DNA from: Octopus sinensis
Taxonomy: Eukaryota
Assembly: GCF_006345805.1 (NCBI RefSeq)
Contig: NC_043019.1
Location: 21,823,360-21,887,359 of the forward strand
Direction of reading: 5' to 3'
DNA: 64,000 bases
Shown: piece by piece, positions 24,535-37,140 of the stretch
Layout: the number at the start of each line of letters is the position of its first letter
Position numbering within the stretch: position 1 is the first letter of the stretch
The notes under the pieces: generated by a model
What the model saw: only the letters and a program-made list of their open reading frames with translations
Databases searched by the model: none
What the model was told of the DNA's origin: nothing
Made by a program: the position numbers and the translations under genes

Positions 24535-25549
24535 ACATTTGGACCAGGACCTCAGTGTAAGGACAGAATAACTAAATATCTTGATGTATTACATCCTACT
24601 ATAGCAACTCATCTGACTGTTATTTCTTCCTCTGTTTTTTTTTTAATATCATTCATGGAGGCCCGACAAAAAGGTCAAGGTTGCTACCTTCCCATCCAAG
24701 ACTAAAGTATAAAAAGATATTTTTCAGATACTCATGTCAGCATGGAAGCTGGATGTTAAACAATGATGATGATGATGATGATGATATTAACCTTGAATAA
24801 TTTAACGCAAAGGTTAGTCAAATGTATCTCATAATTTGTGATAAACGGAAGTTATTCATCTATTCTTCCCTGCTAACAAAACTTGTAATAATTACAAAAA
24901 GCAAAAACAAAAAAAAAAGATGAAAAAGTAAAAAAAAGAAAAATATTGAGAAAAGAAGAGAAAAGTTAAAGGGGATGAGGAGTGAGCATAGCCAGACGAT
25001 AAAAAAATAAGAAGAATATCTTTTAATGCTTGAAAAATGTAATTTAAAACAAAAAAAATTATTAAGCTAAAAAATTAGTTAAAATTTAAAATAAAATGAA
25101 ATGATTATCTGAAATGGTTCATTTCCTTAAGTCAACATTGTAGGTTCAATACTTGAGTAGTTGAAGGTTTTATTGGTTAGAAATTAAATTATGTAATTCA
25201 GTCAATTATTTCATTCATTGATTAAAATGAAAGGGGATCATGTTTACTAGATCGCTCATTGGTTGGTTGGTTGTCTGGTGGAAGTGGAAGAATCATATTC
25301 AAGGACTAGCACTTTCTTAATAAAGATAGTTTTTTTTTTTTTATCAAAAAATTTCACAAAGAAACAAATACCTAGAAGAAATAAAGTTCAACAGGCATGG
25401 GTGTGACTGTGCAGTAAGGAGTTTGCTTCCTAACCATATGGTTACAGGTACAGTCCCACTGTGTAGCACCTTAGAAAAGTGTTTCCTACTATAGATTCGA
25501 GCTGACCAAAGTCTTCTGAGTGAATTTGGTAGATGGCTACAGGAATGCA

Positions 25550-25591
<42 letters not shown>

Positions 25592-25780
25592 TGTGTGTGT
25601 GTCTTTGTGGTTGTCCCACACCACTGCTTGATAACTGGTGTTGGTATATTTATGGCCCCATAAATTAGCAGTTCAGCATTAGATACAATAAATACTAAGC
25701 TTTAAAAATATATAGATAAACTAGAGTTGATTTGTTTGATTAAAACCCTTCAAGATGGTGTCCCAGCATGGCCACAGTCC

Positions 25781-25916
25781 ACTCTTTAGTATTTCAAAAT
25801 ATTTTAATGTAATTTTTGTAAATATAACTGTTAAAATGAGATGTCAGTGTTATTTTCATTTTTGCATAATGGTCATTTTTGCATAATTTAGACGACAGTT
25901 TATTCACCGTACCCTA
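25781..25916. mobile_element. Tc1/mariner 3' terminal fragment
   Basis: Reverse complement matches the TIR-bearing end of the 32318 element. Confidence 0.8.
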
Positions 25917-25963
25917 TATATTATATGCATGTGTGTTTGTGTGTATATTATATATGTATATAA

Positions 25964-26760
25964 GGTGCAGGTACGGCTGTGTGATAAGAAGCTCGTTTCC
26001 CATCCACATAGTCCCGGGTTCAGTCCTACTGCATGGCACCTTAGACAAGTACCTTCCACTACAGCCTCAGGCTGTCCAAAGCTTTGTGAGTGTATCTAGT
26101 ATAATAGGAGCACTCCGTCGGTTACGACGATGAGGGTCCAGCTGATACGATCAACGGAACAGCTTGCTCGTGGAATTAACGTGCAAGTGGCTGAGCACTC
26201 CACAGACACGTGTACCCTTAACGTAGTTCTCAAGGAGATTCAGCGTGACACAGAGTGTGACAAGGCCGGCCCTTTGAAATACAGGTACAACAGAAACAGG
26301 AAGAAAGAGTGAGAGAAAGTTGTGGTGAAAGAGTACAGCAGGGTTCACCACCACCCCCTGCAGGAGCCTTGTGAAGCTTTAGGTGTTTTCGCTCAATATA
26401 CACTCACAATGCCCAGTCTGGGAATCGAAACCGTGATCCTACGACCGGGAGTCCGCTGCCCTAACCACTGGGCCATTGCGCCTCCACGAGTGGATCTAGT
26501 AGACAGAACCTGAATGAAGTGTGTGGGTTTCTCTTTCTCTCTCTTTATTTGTTCCCCACCACTGCTTCACAACTGGTATTGTGTTTATGTCCCTATAATT
26601 TAGTGGTTTGGCAAAACAACTGATTGAATAAGGACCAGTCTTAAATAAAATTTAAAAAATGAAAAATGTAAGTACTGGGGTTGATTCATTTGACTAAATA
26701 TTCCTCAAGGTGGTGCCCCAGCATGGCCGCAGTCTAATGACTGAAACAAGTAAAAGATAA
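25964..26760 (+). mobile_element. SINE family B, older copy split by a family A insertion
   Basis: Head at 25964-26101 and remainder from 26488. Confidence 0.8.
26102..26487 (-). mobile_element. SINE family A (variant) nested in SINE B
   Basis: TSD gagtg(t/g)atctagta at 26088-26101 and 26488-26501. Confidence 0.9.
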
Positions 26761-27050
26761 TAGATACATACATACACACATTTAGATATATGCACATATA
26801 TTTACATGTTTGTGTTTTTATATATTAATACACTTATAAAAGATAATGGTGCCATTGAGACCGAAAGGTGTCAGGTAATGCTGAATAAGTGCTATAGACA
26901 GACCATAGTTAAGTTCCAGATTCGGTAATATTGCGAATAAAGGGTTCAACATTGGTTCTATGTCAACATTGGTTCTTATATTAATATACTTACACATTTA
27001 TATACATGCACACACATACATACATATATATATATACACATGCAAATAGC

Positions 27051-27282
27051 CATAAGCACCAACCGATCGTGGCCGATGCCAGACCCCCCTGGCACCTGTG
27101 CAGGTGGCACGTAAAAAGCACCCACTACACTCGCAGAGTGGTTGGCGTTAGGAAGGGTATCCAGCTGTAGAAACACTGCCAGATCAGACTGGAACCTGGT
27201 GTAGCCCCTGGCTTCCCAGACCCCGGTCGAACCGTCCAGCCCATGCTAGCGCGGAAAACGGACGTTAAACGATGATGATGAT
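27051..27282 (+). mobile_element. Family F short retroposon, young, (GAT)n tail
   Basis: CpG-rich copy ending gacgttaaacgatgatgatg. Confidence 0.85.
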
Positions 27283-27617
27283 ATATATACATATATGCAC
27301 AATACACAAATTTACATACATCTATATAAACATATATACGCACAAATATGCATACATATACATCAATTACAAAAAATAATTTGATTATTCGTCACTCATC
27401 ACAGCTGGAATCACAGCACTTGGCAAAAGTACCAACTGCTTTAGTTGTTGCCATTCAAAGACATTAGCAATCAAAACTGCTCTTCTCAAAACTGAAAAAT
27501 ACATCAAACAATTTTCACTAATGTTAAGAAATTTTTCAAAATTAATTTTCAGTCTCTCCCAGTGCTTCTGTTTATTTTAGCATTAATCACAGAGAAAGGG
27601 GAGGAGAGAGAGAGCGC

Positions 27618-27656
<39 letters not shown>

Positions 27657-27939
27657 GTGTGTGTGTGTGTGTGCACGCGTGCGTGCGTGTATTTCTAACA
27701 TTTATAACAGCAAGAAACACCAAGGCAATCCAAAATTTTTTTTATTAAACATCTAAAGATTTAGATTTGGAAATATCTGCAAAGCTGAGAAATATGGATT
27801 TAATGATGTTTTTAACTATGAAGGATGGAATTTGGCCAAAAGGAATGTTAAAACTTGATAGTTGAATGTGGGAAAAAAACTTCTTTCCAAATCAAGCAAC
27901 ATTCACATCATCGGTTTCTGTCTCTCATTACATTTTTTT

Positions 27940-28156
27940 TTCTTATTTGTTTCAGTCATTAGACTGTGGCCATACTGGGGCACCACCTTCGAAAATTTAT
28001 AGTTGAATGTATTGTCCCCGGTACTTTCTTCTTTTTAAAGCTTGGTACTTATTCTATTTTTCCAAATTGCTATGTTACAGGGATGTAAACAAACCAACAA
28101 TGATTGTGAAGTGGTGGGAGACAAACAAACACAAAAATATGCATGCATGCACACGC

Positions 28157-28188
<32 letters not shown>

Positions 28189-28322
28189 CCTATGGGCTTC
28201 TTTCAGTTTCTGTCAACCAAATCCATTTACAAGGCTTTAGTCGACTCAAAGCTATAATAGAAAACACTCGCCCAAAGTGCCATACAGTGGGACTGAACCC
28301 AGAACCATGTGGTTAGGAAGCA
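27940..28322 (-). mobile_element. SINE family B, diverged
   Basis: Colinear similarity to the young copies. Confidence 0.8.
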
Positions 28323-28444
28323 ATGTTAAAAATATGCAACAAGAAGTACCCAAATATTGATGTTTCTTAAAAAGGTGCCATGAACTAAGAAAAGTGGTCA
28401 AAGAATATTTTACACACACACATACACACAATCATCATCATTAT

Positions 28445-29086
28445 CTAATCTTTTCATTACTATGTTTGTTTTGAAATACGTAGCCTTTGTTTCAATTAAT
28501 TTTTTAAAATAATGAAAAATTTACTGAAGTAACATGATCATAGGCGCAGGAGTGGCTGTGTGGTAAGTAGCTTGCTAACCAACCACATGGTTCCGAGTTC
28601 AGTCCCACTGCGTGGCACCTTGGGCAAGTGTCTTCTGCTATAGCCTCGGGCTGACCAATGCCTTGTGAGTGGATTTGGTAGACGGAAACTGAAAGAAGCC
28701 TGTCGTATATATGTGTGTATATATATGTATGTATGTGTGTGTATATGTTTGTGTGTCTGTGTTTGTCCCCCTAGCATTGCTTGACAACCGATGCTGGTGT
28801 GTTTACGTCCCCATCACTTAGCAGTTCGGCAAAAGAGACCGATAGAATAAGTACTGGGCTTACAAAGAATAAGTCCAGGGGTCGATTTGCTCGACTAAAG
28901 GCGGTGCTCCAGCATGGCCGCAGTCAAATGACTGAAACAAGTAAAAGTAAAATTATTATTAAACTGGGTTTGGGAATATAACATTAAATCTTAACGAAAG
29001 GTTTTAATTTAGATCACTTTAAAACTGGAAATTGATATGATAGCACCAAGAGCAGTCTGAGCCAGGTTTGTATCAAAAGGGTGAAC
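28445..29086. mobile_element. piggyBac-type MITE (same family as 54530-54751) split by SINE B
   Basis: 28445-28539 and 28949-29086 together match the reverse complement of 54530-54751. Confidence 0.7.
28540..28948 (+). mobile_element. SINE family B, young full-length copy
   Basis: taggcgcaggagtggctgtgtgg...ccagcatggccgcagtcaaatgactgaaacaagtaaaag. Confidence 0.9.
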
Positions 29087-29352
29087 ACCCTTCTTCCTTG
29101 CTGACATGAATTGGATAGTTTGACAGAAGCCAATGAACTGGAGGACTGTATCAAGCTACAAAGGCTGTTTTGGCATGGTTTCTATGATTGGGTGAGATTC
29201 CTAATGCCAACTACTTTATAAAGTATATTGGGTACACTCTAATTCAATGCACTTCTCTCTTATTTCCTCTATTTCTAATTCTATCTTTCTTCTTTCTTTC
29301 TTTCATATGTTCTCAGTCCAAACTCTCATAAGTTCATACTTAGTAAGCACAT

Positions 29353-29590
29353 ATACCTATTTCTTTACTACCCACAAGGGGCTAAACATAGAGGGGACAA
29401 ACAAGGACAGACATAGGTATTAAGTCGATTACATCGACCCCAGTACATAACTGGTACTTAATTTATCGACCCCGAAAGGATGAAAGGCAAAGTCGACCTC
29501 GGCGGAATTTGAACTCACAACGTAACGCAGACAAAATACGGCTAAGCATTTCGCCCGGCGTGCTAACGTTGCTGCCAGCTCGCCGCCTTA
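29353..29590 (-). mobile_element. SINE family E, young full-length copy
   Basis: Reverse complement of the 19165 monomer, CpGs intact. Confidence 0.9.
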
Positions 29591-29624
29591 TACCACTCCT
29601 CTATGTGCCTGTATTTCTTGGTTC

Positions 29625-29905
29625 CTCATTTCTCATTCCATACTCCTTCGTCTCTCTCTCTCTCTCTCTCTTTCTCTCAGTTCTAGTCCATATTCTCCTC
29701 CTCTCTGTCTTAGATCTAGCCTCATACTCCTTCCTCTTCCCACTCTCCTCGTCAACTGTAGTCCCATACCTGTTCCTCTCATTCTCTCACCCCTCTCAGT
29801 TCTAGTCCCATTCCCCTCCTCTCTCCACTGTCTCTCAGGTCTAATTCCATACCCCTTGCTATCCCTTTCTCTCGCTCTTCCTTTCTCTCTTAGTTCTAGC
29901 CGAAG
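29625..29905. repeat. Pyrimidine-rich degenerate tandem repeat (core ctcagttctagtcccat)
   Basis: Core variants recur several times at ~40-50-bp spacing. Confidence 0.65.
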
Positions 29906-30984
29906 TTAGTCCTCCTATGCTTCATTACTTACCATCAAATCACCAATTCATGAAACAGACTCCTTTATAGCATGACACTGTAACATCCATTTCTTCCTGT
30001 CCAAATGATTGATTACAGCTTTCTCCAACCTACTAATTTACTATATGACTACCATAGCAATATACATCACCAATGAGGGAGCTTTAACATAATCTCTCAA
30101 CCTACTAGAAATAGCAGCTCAATCTCCTTCGAATCACACTCAAATGAAGGATACACTGATATGCAAAAAGACAGGATGGTCATGGTTGGAACACCTTTCA
30201 TTACATGTCATCTTCATCAAGGCTGACTTGGGACTAAACAACAACAGCCACAAAGATAAATGTAAGTATGGCTGAATGGTTAAGAAGTTTGCTTCACAAT
30301 CACAAGCTCCAAGGTTCAATTCAAATGCATGACCTCCAGGGAAAGTGCCTTTTACAACAGCCTTGTATCAACCCAAACCTTGAGAGAGAAAGAAGTTGAA
30401 TGGAAACGATGTGGAAGTCCATTGGATGTATTGTACTTGTAATTTTGGCCACCTTAGTCAAGTGTCATTTTCTGTAGCCTCAGATGAGTGAAACCAGGTA
30501 AACAGAAACTGTATGGAATCCTGTTTTTTTTTTTATTATTTAAAGGTTCAGCCTAATACAATCTATCATGATAACTCTACCTGAGTTACATCAATACACA
30601 TCTTTGGAATACTCAACCACTTAATGCTATTTTATGAGCTTCATCTAAAAAAGGAAAATAGATGGAACGGTCACAGCTGGAACATTTTGACCATATGTTG
30701 TCTGCTCAAAGAGCACTGAACTGGAGCTAAACAAGAACAACAACAAAACTCATTTCTCATTTCACTAACCTTCCCTGTCTCTTTTACCATATGGGTTTAA
30801 GTCACTTGTATTCAGCTGACATATCCTCACCATTGTCATCCTCACCTATCATCATCATCAGCAACAGTCGTCATCATCATCATCATTATCCTCAATAACA
30901 TTGTCAATATCATCATCATAATAATAATAATAATGATGCTGATGATGATGATGATGATAGATAAAAACTTGTTTTGGTGAAGAT

Positions 30985-31118
30985 TTAATTATATTTAATG
31001 GAAGCACTTTCTGAAATTTTACTGAAAACTGCTTCAAACCCTTGAAAGTGTTCCTGGTGGATGCTTCCTCCTCCATCACAGATTAAATATAATCTCGATA
31101 ACTTCAATTCGTCTATTA
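30985..31118 (-). CDS. Candidate exon of unidentified gene (xIDELKLSRLYLICDGGGSIHQEHFQGFEAVFSKISESASIKYN*)
   Basis: Long T tract plus AG acceptor, open frame, non-repetitive; no family recognised. Confidence 0.3.
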
Positions 31119-31234
31119 CTTTTGAATGCAAAAAAAAAACAAAAAAAAAAAAAAAAAAAAAAAAACAAATGCCAACAAATAAACATGGAAAATGGAAGGG
31201 AAAGTAATTCATGAAGAGAACATGACAAATCAAT

Positions 31235-31619
31235 TGGAAGCACTCCGTCGGTTACGACGACGAGGGTTCCGGTTGATCCGTTCAACCGAACAGCCTGCTC
31301 ATGAAATTAATGTGTAAGTGGCTGAGCACTCCACAGACACGTGTACCCTTAACGTAGTTCTCGGGGGATATTCAGCATGACACAGAGAGTGACAAGGCCG
31401 GCCCCTTGAAATACAGGTACAACAGAAACAGGAAGTAAGAGTGAGAGAAAGTTGTGGAGAAAGAGTACAGCAGGGATCACCACCATCCCCTGCCGGAGCC
31501 TCGTGGAGCTTTAGGTGTTTTCGCTCAATAAACACACACAACGCCCGGTCTGGGAATCGAAACCGCGATCCTATGACCGCGATTCCGCTGCCCTAACCAC
31601 TGGGCCATTGCGCCTCCAC
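31235..31619 (-). mobile_element. SINE family A, full length
   Basis: 12-bp TSD tgacaaatcaat at 31223-34 and 31620-31. Confidence 0.92.
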
Positions 31620-31736
31620 TGACAAATCAATAGTCACAGCCATACACACACACACACAAATTTACACATTTATACATACAATTCACTCCATACCTGCAAG
31701 GAAAAATGGTCAAAAAGACAGTGATGATGAGACTAT

Positions 31737-31777
<41 letters not shown>

Positions 31778-32317
31778 ATAAATGCTAAAACAAGTTCATT
31801 TCATACTAATATATCATCAGCGTTTTAGCATCTACTTTTCCTTGCACACATGGGTCGGACAGAATTTATTAAGGCAGGTTCTCGCTAATCCTCACCAATC
31901 CTCACCTGTTTCTAAATAAAGTAATACTTCTTCATGGTTAGACATGTCTCAGAAGAACGAAAAGCAAAGAACACTTTTTGCATGGTGACAACACTTGCTT
32001 ATAACTATCTTGTGATGTCAAGGTAAGATGACGGTAAAACACACATACACATATAATTCATAAAGGAAATGGAAGATGGATTTAGATTGAATCTTTATTG
32101 AGCATGACAATCGTTTCAACCCATCCTGCATCTGTCCCATGGGGGTTGGGTATTGTGCATCTGGTTGCATTGCATCAATCAGTGCACTTCAAGTGCAGAT
32201 TTTCTGATGTAGATCCATATATATATCGTTACTGTGGATGACATCATGTAGCCCAAACAGTGAATGTGCTTTAATTGACATACTAATAGACATATATACC
32301 CAAAGTCCATATATATA

Positions 32318-32776
32318 CAGGGTGTGGTGAATAAATTGTCTAAATTATGCAAAAATGAAAATAACACTGACAACTCATTTTAACATATATTTACCAAAAT
32401 TACATAAAAGTATCTTGAAATACTAAAGAGTAAATTTATTCAATAACATTGATATTGGCTTCAACCATGGCCTCAAGATGACTTTGGAATCTCCTGCAAC
32501 TCTTCTGGATGGTCTCTTTGTTTAAGTTGGTGAATACTGCCATAATCCTTGCCTTTCGTTCATCTTTGATGTTACAAAGAGTTTTGTTGGTCTCTCACTC
32601 AACTGTGCCCCACACATAATAATCAAGGGGTTGCAGTCTGGGGAGTTGAGTGACCAGATGTTAGGGGTGATGTGGTTGCAGAAATTGTGTGGCATGGTGC
32701 AGAGTACTGTTGCCAGACATAGGGTGTTCCAGCAGCCACCCTCTTAACCCAGGGCAGCACCTCCTCCAGACACTTG
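32318..32776 (-). mobile_element. Tc1/mariner transposase C-terminal relic with 3' TIR
   Basis: YVWQQYSAPCHT and WSLNSPDCNPLDYYVWGTVE..KSCRRFQSHLEAMVEA motifs; TA then cagggtgtggtgaataaattgtc. Confidence 0.85.
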
Positions 32777-33127
32777 TAACCCATCCCGCTCAAAAGGTCC
32801 CTGAATAAAGGTTGTTTAAGGATGCTGAACAAAACACCCATGTTACCAGAGGTGAATTATTCAAACCCCAAAGAACTCCTCTCAACACATGGCTATGATG
32901 TTCCCTCACTACTTCTGCTCGTGATCAGAGATGCACATATTGTCAGCCATTAAGGGGCATGCTCAACTGGTTAACGTCAAACAACTGACAAGCAAATCTG
33001 TGGTATTGAGCAGAATATTTGCTGTAGCCCATCTTTTAGACCAAGACAAAGCAATGTATATGATAGCGCTTCCAATCAGTTAAAATCAGAAGCTATGAGA
33101 GCCACTGTCTGGTACTGCATCAGGGCA
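32776..33127. mobile_element. Family G element, partial copy, ends in (TTA)n
   Basis: Colinear with ~34360-34709. Confidence 0.8.
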
Positions 33128-33146
33128 TTTATTATTATTATTATGA

Positions 33147-33177
<31 letters not shown>

Positions 33178-34156
33178 TACTATTATTATTTGGCATTAGG
33201 AAGGGCATCCAGCTGTAGTAGAAACAATTATTATTATTATTTGGTATTAGAAAGAGCATCCAGCAGTAGAAACCATGCCAAATCAGACTGGAGTCTGGTA
33301 CAGCCCCTCAGCTTGCCAGCTCTGGTCAAACCATCCAACCTATGGACAACAGACATTAAATGATGATGATGATGATTATTATTATTATTAGTAGTAGTAG
33401 TAGTAGTAGGAGTAGCAGCAGCAGTTTGATAACACATTCCTGTCATTAACATATCTTAATTAACCAAGTTTGTTTTTCAATTAATCATTTTGTTTTAACT
33501 ATCATATTTTTTTAATGTACTTAGATATTTTAAAACTTATTTTATGTCATAAATCATTAATTACATTAATTATAACAATGGCAGAGATCATAATAATTAA
33601 TTTAGGGCCCTGTACCGATCTTAGGAATCATTGATTATATCAATTTGTGATCTTTCACTAATTATAATAATTCATTTGTGGCCTTATACCATTTGCATAA
33701 CTTACTGAAGTGTGGCTTTGTTCTGACATTAGAATTGTCAGAGTGAAAGACAAAATGCCTTGCAGTATTTATTTTGGCTCTTACATTCCGAGTTCAAATC
33801 CCACTCCGGTTCACTTTGCCGTTCATCTTTGCAGGATCACAAATATAAAGTAAAAGTCTGTACAATCAAACTAACTTCACTTCCTCAAACTTCCGGCTTT
33901 GTGTATCTATTAGAAAATTATTTGAGATTAGTGGACAGTCAAAAATTGTCAGGGAGTTAGAAAAAAATGTCTCGAAGTATTCCTTCCAGTTCTTTATGCT
34001 CTAAGTCAAAATCATAAAAAGGTTAACTTAATCTTTCATACCTCAGGGGCCAACCAAATAAAGTAGCAGTTAAATATTTGGGTAAATTTATTTGACTACT
34101 CCTCTCCTCCATCAAATTTCATATCTTGAGATTATATTACTATCATTACTATTACT

Positions 34157-34709
34157 GGGTGAGAGAGCAATGCATGCTATCAAAGTGACACTGGGATAAA
34201 ATATACAGAGACCAGTATACCCATAATGACAACCCCTCTGATAAGGGAACACCAAGCACATGCATCACAACCATATGTGCGTGACATGGTGATTCCATAT
34301 CAAGATAAACAGCACATGACCTTACAGGTAGGACCCAGTTAGAATTTCTTCAGGTCAAGTAGCCCATCCTGCTCAAAAGGTCCCCAACTGAGGGTCGTTT
34401 AAGGATATTGAATGAAACACCAATGTTTCCAGTGGTGAATTATTCAAGCCCCAAAGAATTCCTCTCAACACATGGCTATGATGCTTCCCCACTATTTCTG
34501 TTTGTGATCAGAAATGCACATATTGTCAGCCACTAAGGGACATGCTCAGCTGGTTACGGTCATACAACTGACAAGCAAATCTGTGGTTTTGAGCAGAATA
34601 TTTACTGTAGCCCATCTTTTACACCAAGACAAAATGTGTACAAGATAACACTTCCAATCAGTTGAGATCAGAAGCCATGAGAGCTAGTGTCTGATATTGC
34701 ATCAGGGCA
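34157..34709. mobile_element. Family G non-coding element (~550 bp) flanked by (TTA)n on both sides
   Basis: Degenerate (TTA)n on the left and attattataatcattattatt on the right; no ORF or TIR seen. Confidence 0.7.
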
Positions 34710-34786
34710 ATTATTATAATCATTATTATTATTGAAAGACGAGAATTGTAGTTCGCTTGAAGCATTATAGTCCAGAAGTAGACTGA

Positions 34787-35026
34787 TAAATAAAAAGAGA
34801 AATGAGGAAAGCTTCTAACAATGCAGAAACAAAAGTTAAAAACCTTTAATATATTTCAGATACAAAGGCCCATCTTCAGAAGAGTACAGTCAAAGAAATG
34901 TGTTTCTGTGTAGCAATCTAACAATCCAAATGACAAGATCTACATGGGAACATCTTTTGACTGTACACCTCTGAAGATGGGCATTTGCACCAGTTTGAAG
35001 CTTTCTTCATTTCCTGTTTTATTTAT
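34787..35026. repeat. Decayed foldback with outer and inner inverted arms
   Basis: 34787-34815 pairs with 34998-35026; 34863-34900 pairs with 34951-34987. Confidence 0.75.
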
Positions 35027-36932
35027 GATTATTATTAAAGGCAGTGAGCTGGCAGAATTGTTACCATGCCAGACAAAATGCTTACCAACATTTCATTTGT
35101 CTTAATGTTCTGAGTTCAAATTCCACTGAGGCCGACTTTGCTTTTCATCCTTTCGGGATTAATAAAATAAATACCAGTCAAGCACTAGGGTCAATGTAAT
35201 TAACCTAAAATTGCTGCCCTTGTGTCAACATTTGAAATCATTATTATTATCATTTTTGTAAGTGTTTTAGTGTACCAGAAAGACCTCAATGATCACTCAA
35301 TGCCTTTCCCTTTTCTTCAGTTGCATTTAATGTAGGATTCCATGGTTTGTGCCAGTAATTATCATTCACGATAAAAGCTTTTGATGAGATTAAATTTGGT
35401 AGTCAATAAATAGGGTTATAAGATTATCAACCAAAAATGGAAGTAAACAAAATACTTAATTCTTTTGAAAAATGTTTAAATTGTTAAGTCATAGCTTCTT
35501 AGAAATAAACCAAATTTTAATATCATTTGGTAGATGAATTATCCATGAGATTTCTACAAAACTAACCATAATTAGAAGAACATAGAGAGCATAAAAGACT
35601 TTAATGGTTTCAACTTTAAGAAATTGCAAAAGTTATTTGCAGTGAGTAATCTCTTAAACTTAGGTTATATGTGACAAATATGAAAGAAGGTTCATTTAGT
35701 ACAGAAATATTTGAAATTTTAGAGCTTTTTTATTTATTCTGTGGTGTTCAATATTTCCTTTGTTTTTTTTGGGGGGGGAGTTTTTGTTGTTGTTTTTTAT
35801 CTTTCCATATGATGAAAGCTTAGAATATTTTCTACAAACAGAGATGAAAAGAATTCTATGGTTAAGAAAAAAAGAGATATTAAAGACACTGAAAAATGAG
35901 GAGCCGAATGGTATTTTGCTATAATTATTTTCACCTTTTTTACATCAATTTACATTCAATAATAATAATTCCTAAGTCTTATCCATGTTATAGAAATATA
36001 TCCAACCGAGTTAATAGCTATTTCCCTAAGTACTTTGGCTTAAAGCTGATAATTCCAACAGAATAGTGTTATATAATAGCATCATTGAAATAAAAAAGAA
36101 AAATTTCAAAAAAAAGGTTCTTCTGAAACGAAAAGAATTCAGTAACAAGAAAAGAATTTAAGAAATAGCTTATAAAATCTATAGTCACATATCTGCCAGG
36201 TATAAAAATGATTGAATTCTGAAACTATCACAATTCCTCTGTGCTTCCATAGATTCACAAAATCCACAAAATTTCAAAGAATAACTTTTTTCCTATAATT
36301 TTTGATTTTGCTTATTTATTTATTTACTGTTTTACATGTTTACCTTGTCCCATGTTAATATGAATAAAATGTTCAGCAGTTTTCTTTTGGTTTTATTTTT
36401 GATTTTTTTTCTTTTGTTTTTTGTAAGCTTCAATAAAGATACAGGTATGGTTGTGTGGTAAGAGGTTTGCATCCCAAACACATGGCTCCAGGTTCATTTG
36501 CACTGCATGACATCTTGCACAAATATCTTCTACTGCAGCCCCAGGCCGACCAAAGATTTGTGAGAAGATTTGCAAAATGGAAACTAAAAAAAGCCTGTTG
36601 TGCATATATGTATATGTATATATATATCTATGTGAGAATGCCTTTGTGTTTGTCTCCCATCAATGCTTAACAACCTGTGTGAGTTTCTTTACATTCCCAT
36701 ACATTGCAAATTTGGCAAAAGAGACTGATTGAATAAATGCCAGACTTGTAAAAATAAGTAGTAAGGTAGATTTACTCAATTAAACTCTTCAAAGCAGTGC
36801 CCCAGCATGGCTTTGATTCAATGACTGAAACAAGTAAAAGAGAAATGGTTGCTGGGGTTTTCTCTTTCATTTATTCTTTTTGCATGTAGCTGCCTAAATA
36901 GATTGAGGCAGTAGGGTTAATAAGCTAATATA

Positions 36933-37140
36933 CAGGGTGCAATGGGTAAACTATCACCATTTTATATTTTTAATTTCGCACATGTGTATTGTTTTTGATT
37001 TTGTCGACTGCACAGTATAGTAGGGTCAGTTGGGCACTGTCTGTGAGAAAAACAGCACCATGGTGCAATTCATTCTGCCAGAAATTTGGAAATGACATGC
37101 CGTACTGCTTGGCATTCATGCTGGAAGTGATAAAAATCAT
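36933..37140 (+). mobile_element. Tc1/mariner 5' end with start of transposase
   Basis: TA then cagggtgcaatgggtaaact.., similar in style to the 32318 TIR; decayed MVQFILPEIWK*HAVLLGIHAGS. Confidence 0.55.

Noticed and set aside
28538-28981. Recurrent ORFs MLGGQTQ.., MTTDAGV.., MVVIPAV..
   Set aside because: Incidental frames of SINE families A and B repeated across copies.
25916-32318. Matching mariner TIR ends possibly forming a composite transposon
   Set aside because: The ends face outward, each element extending away from the interval, so they do not enclose it.
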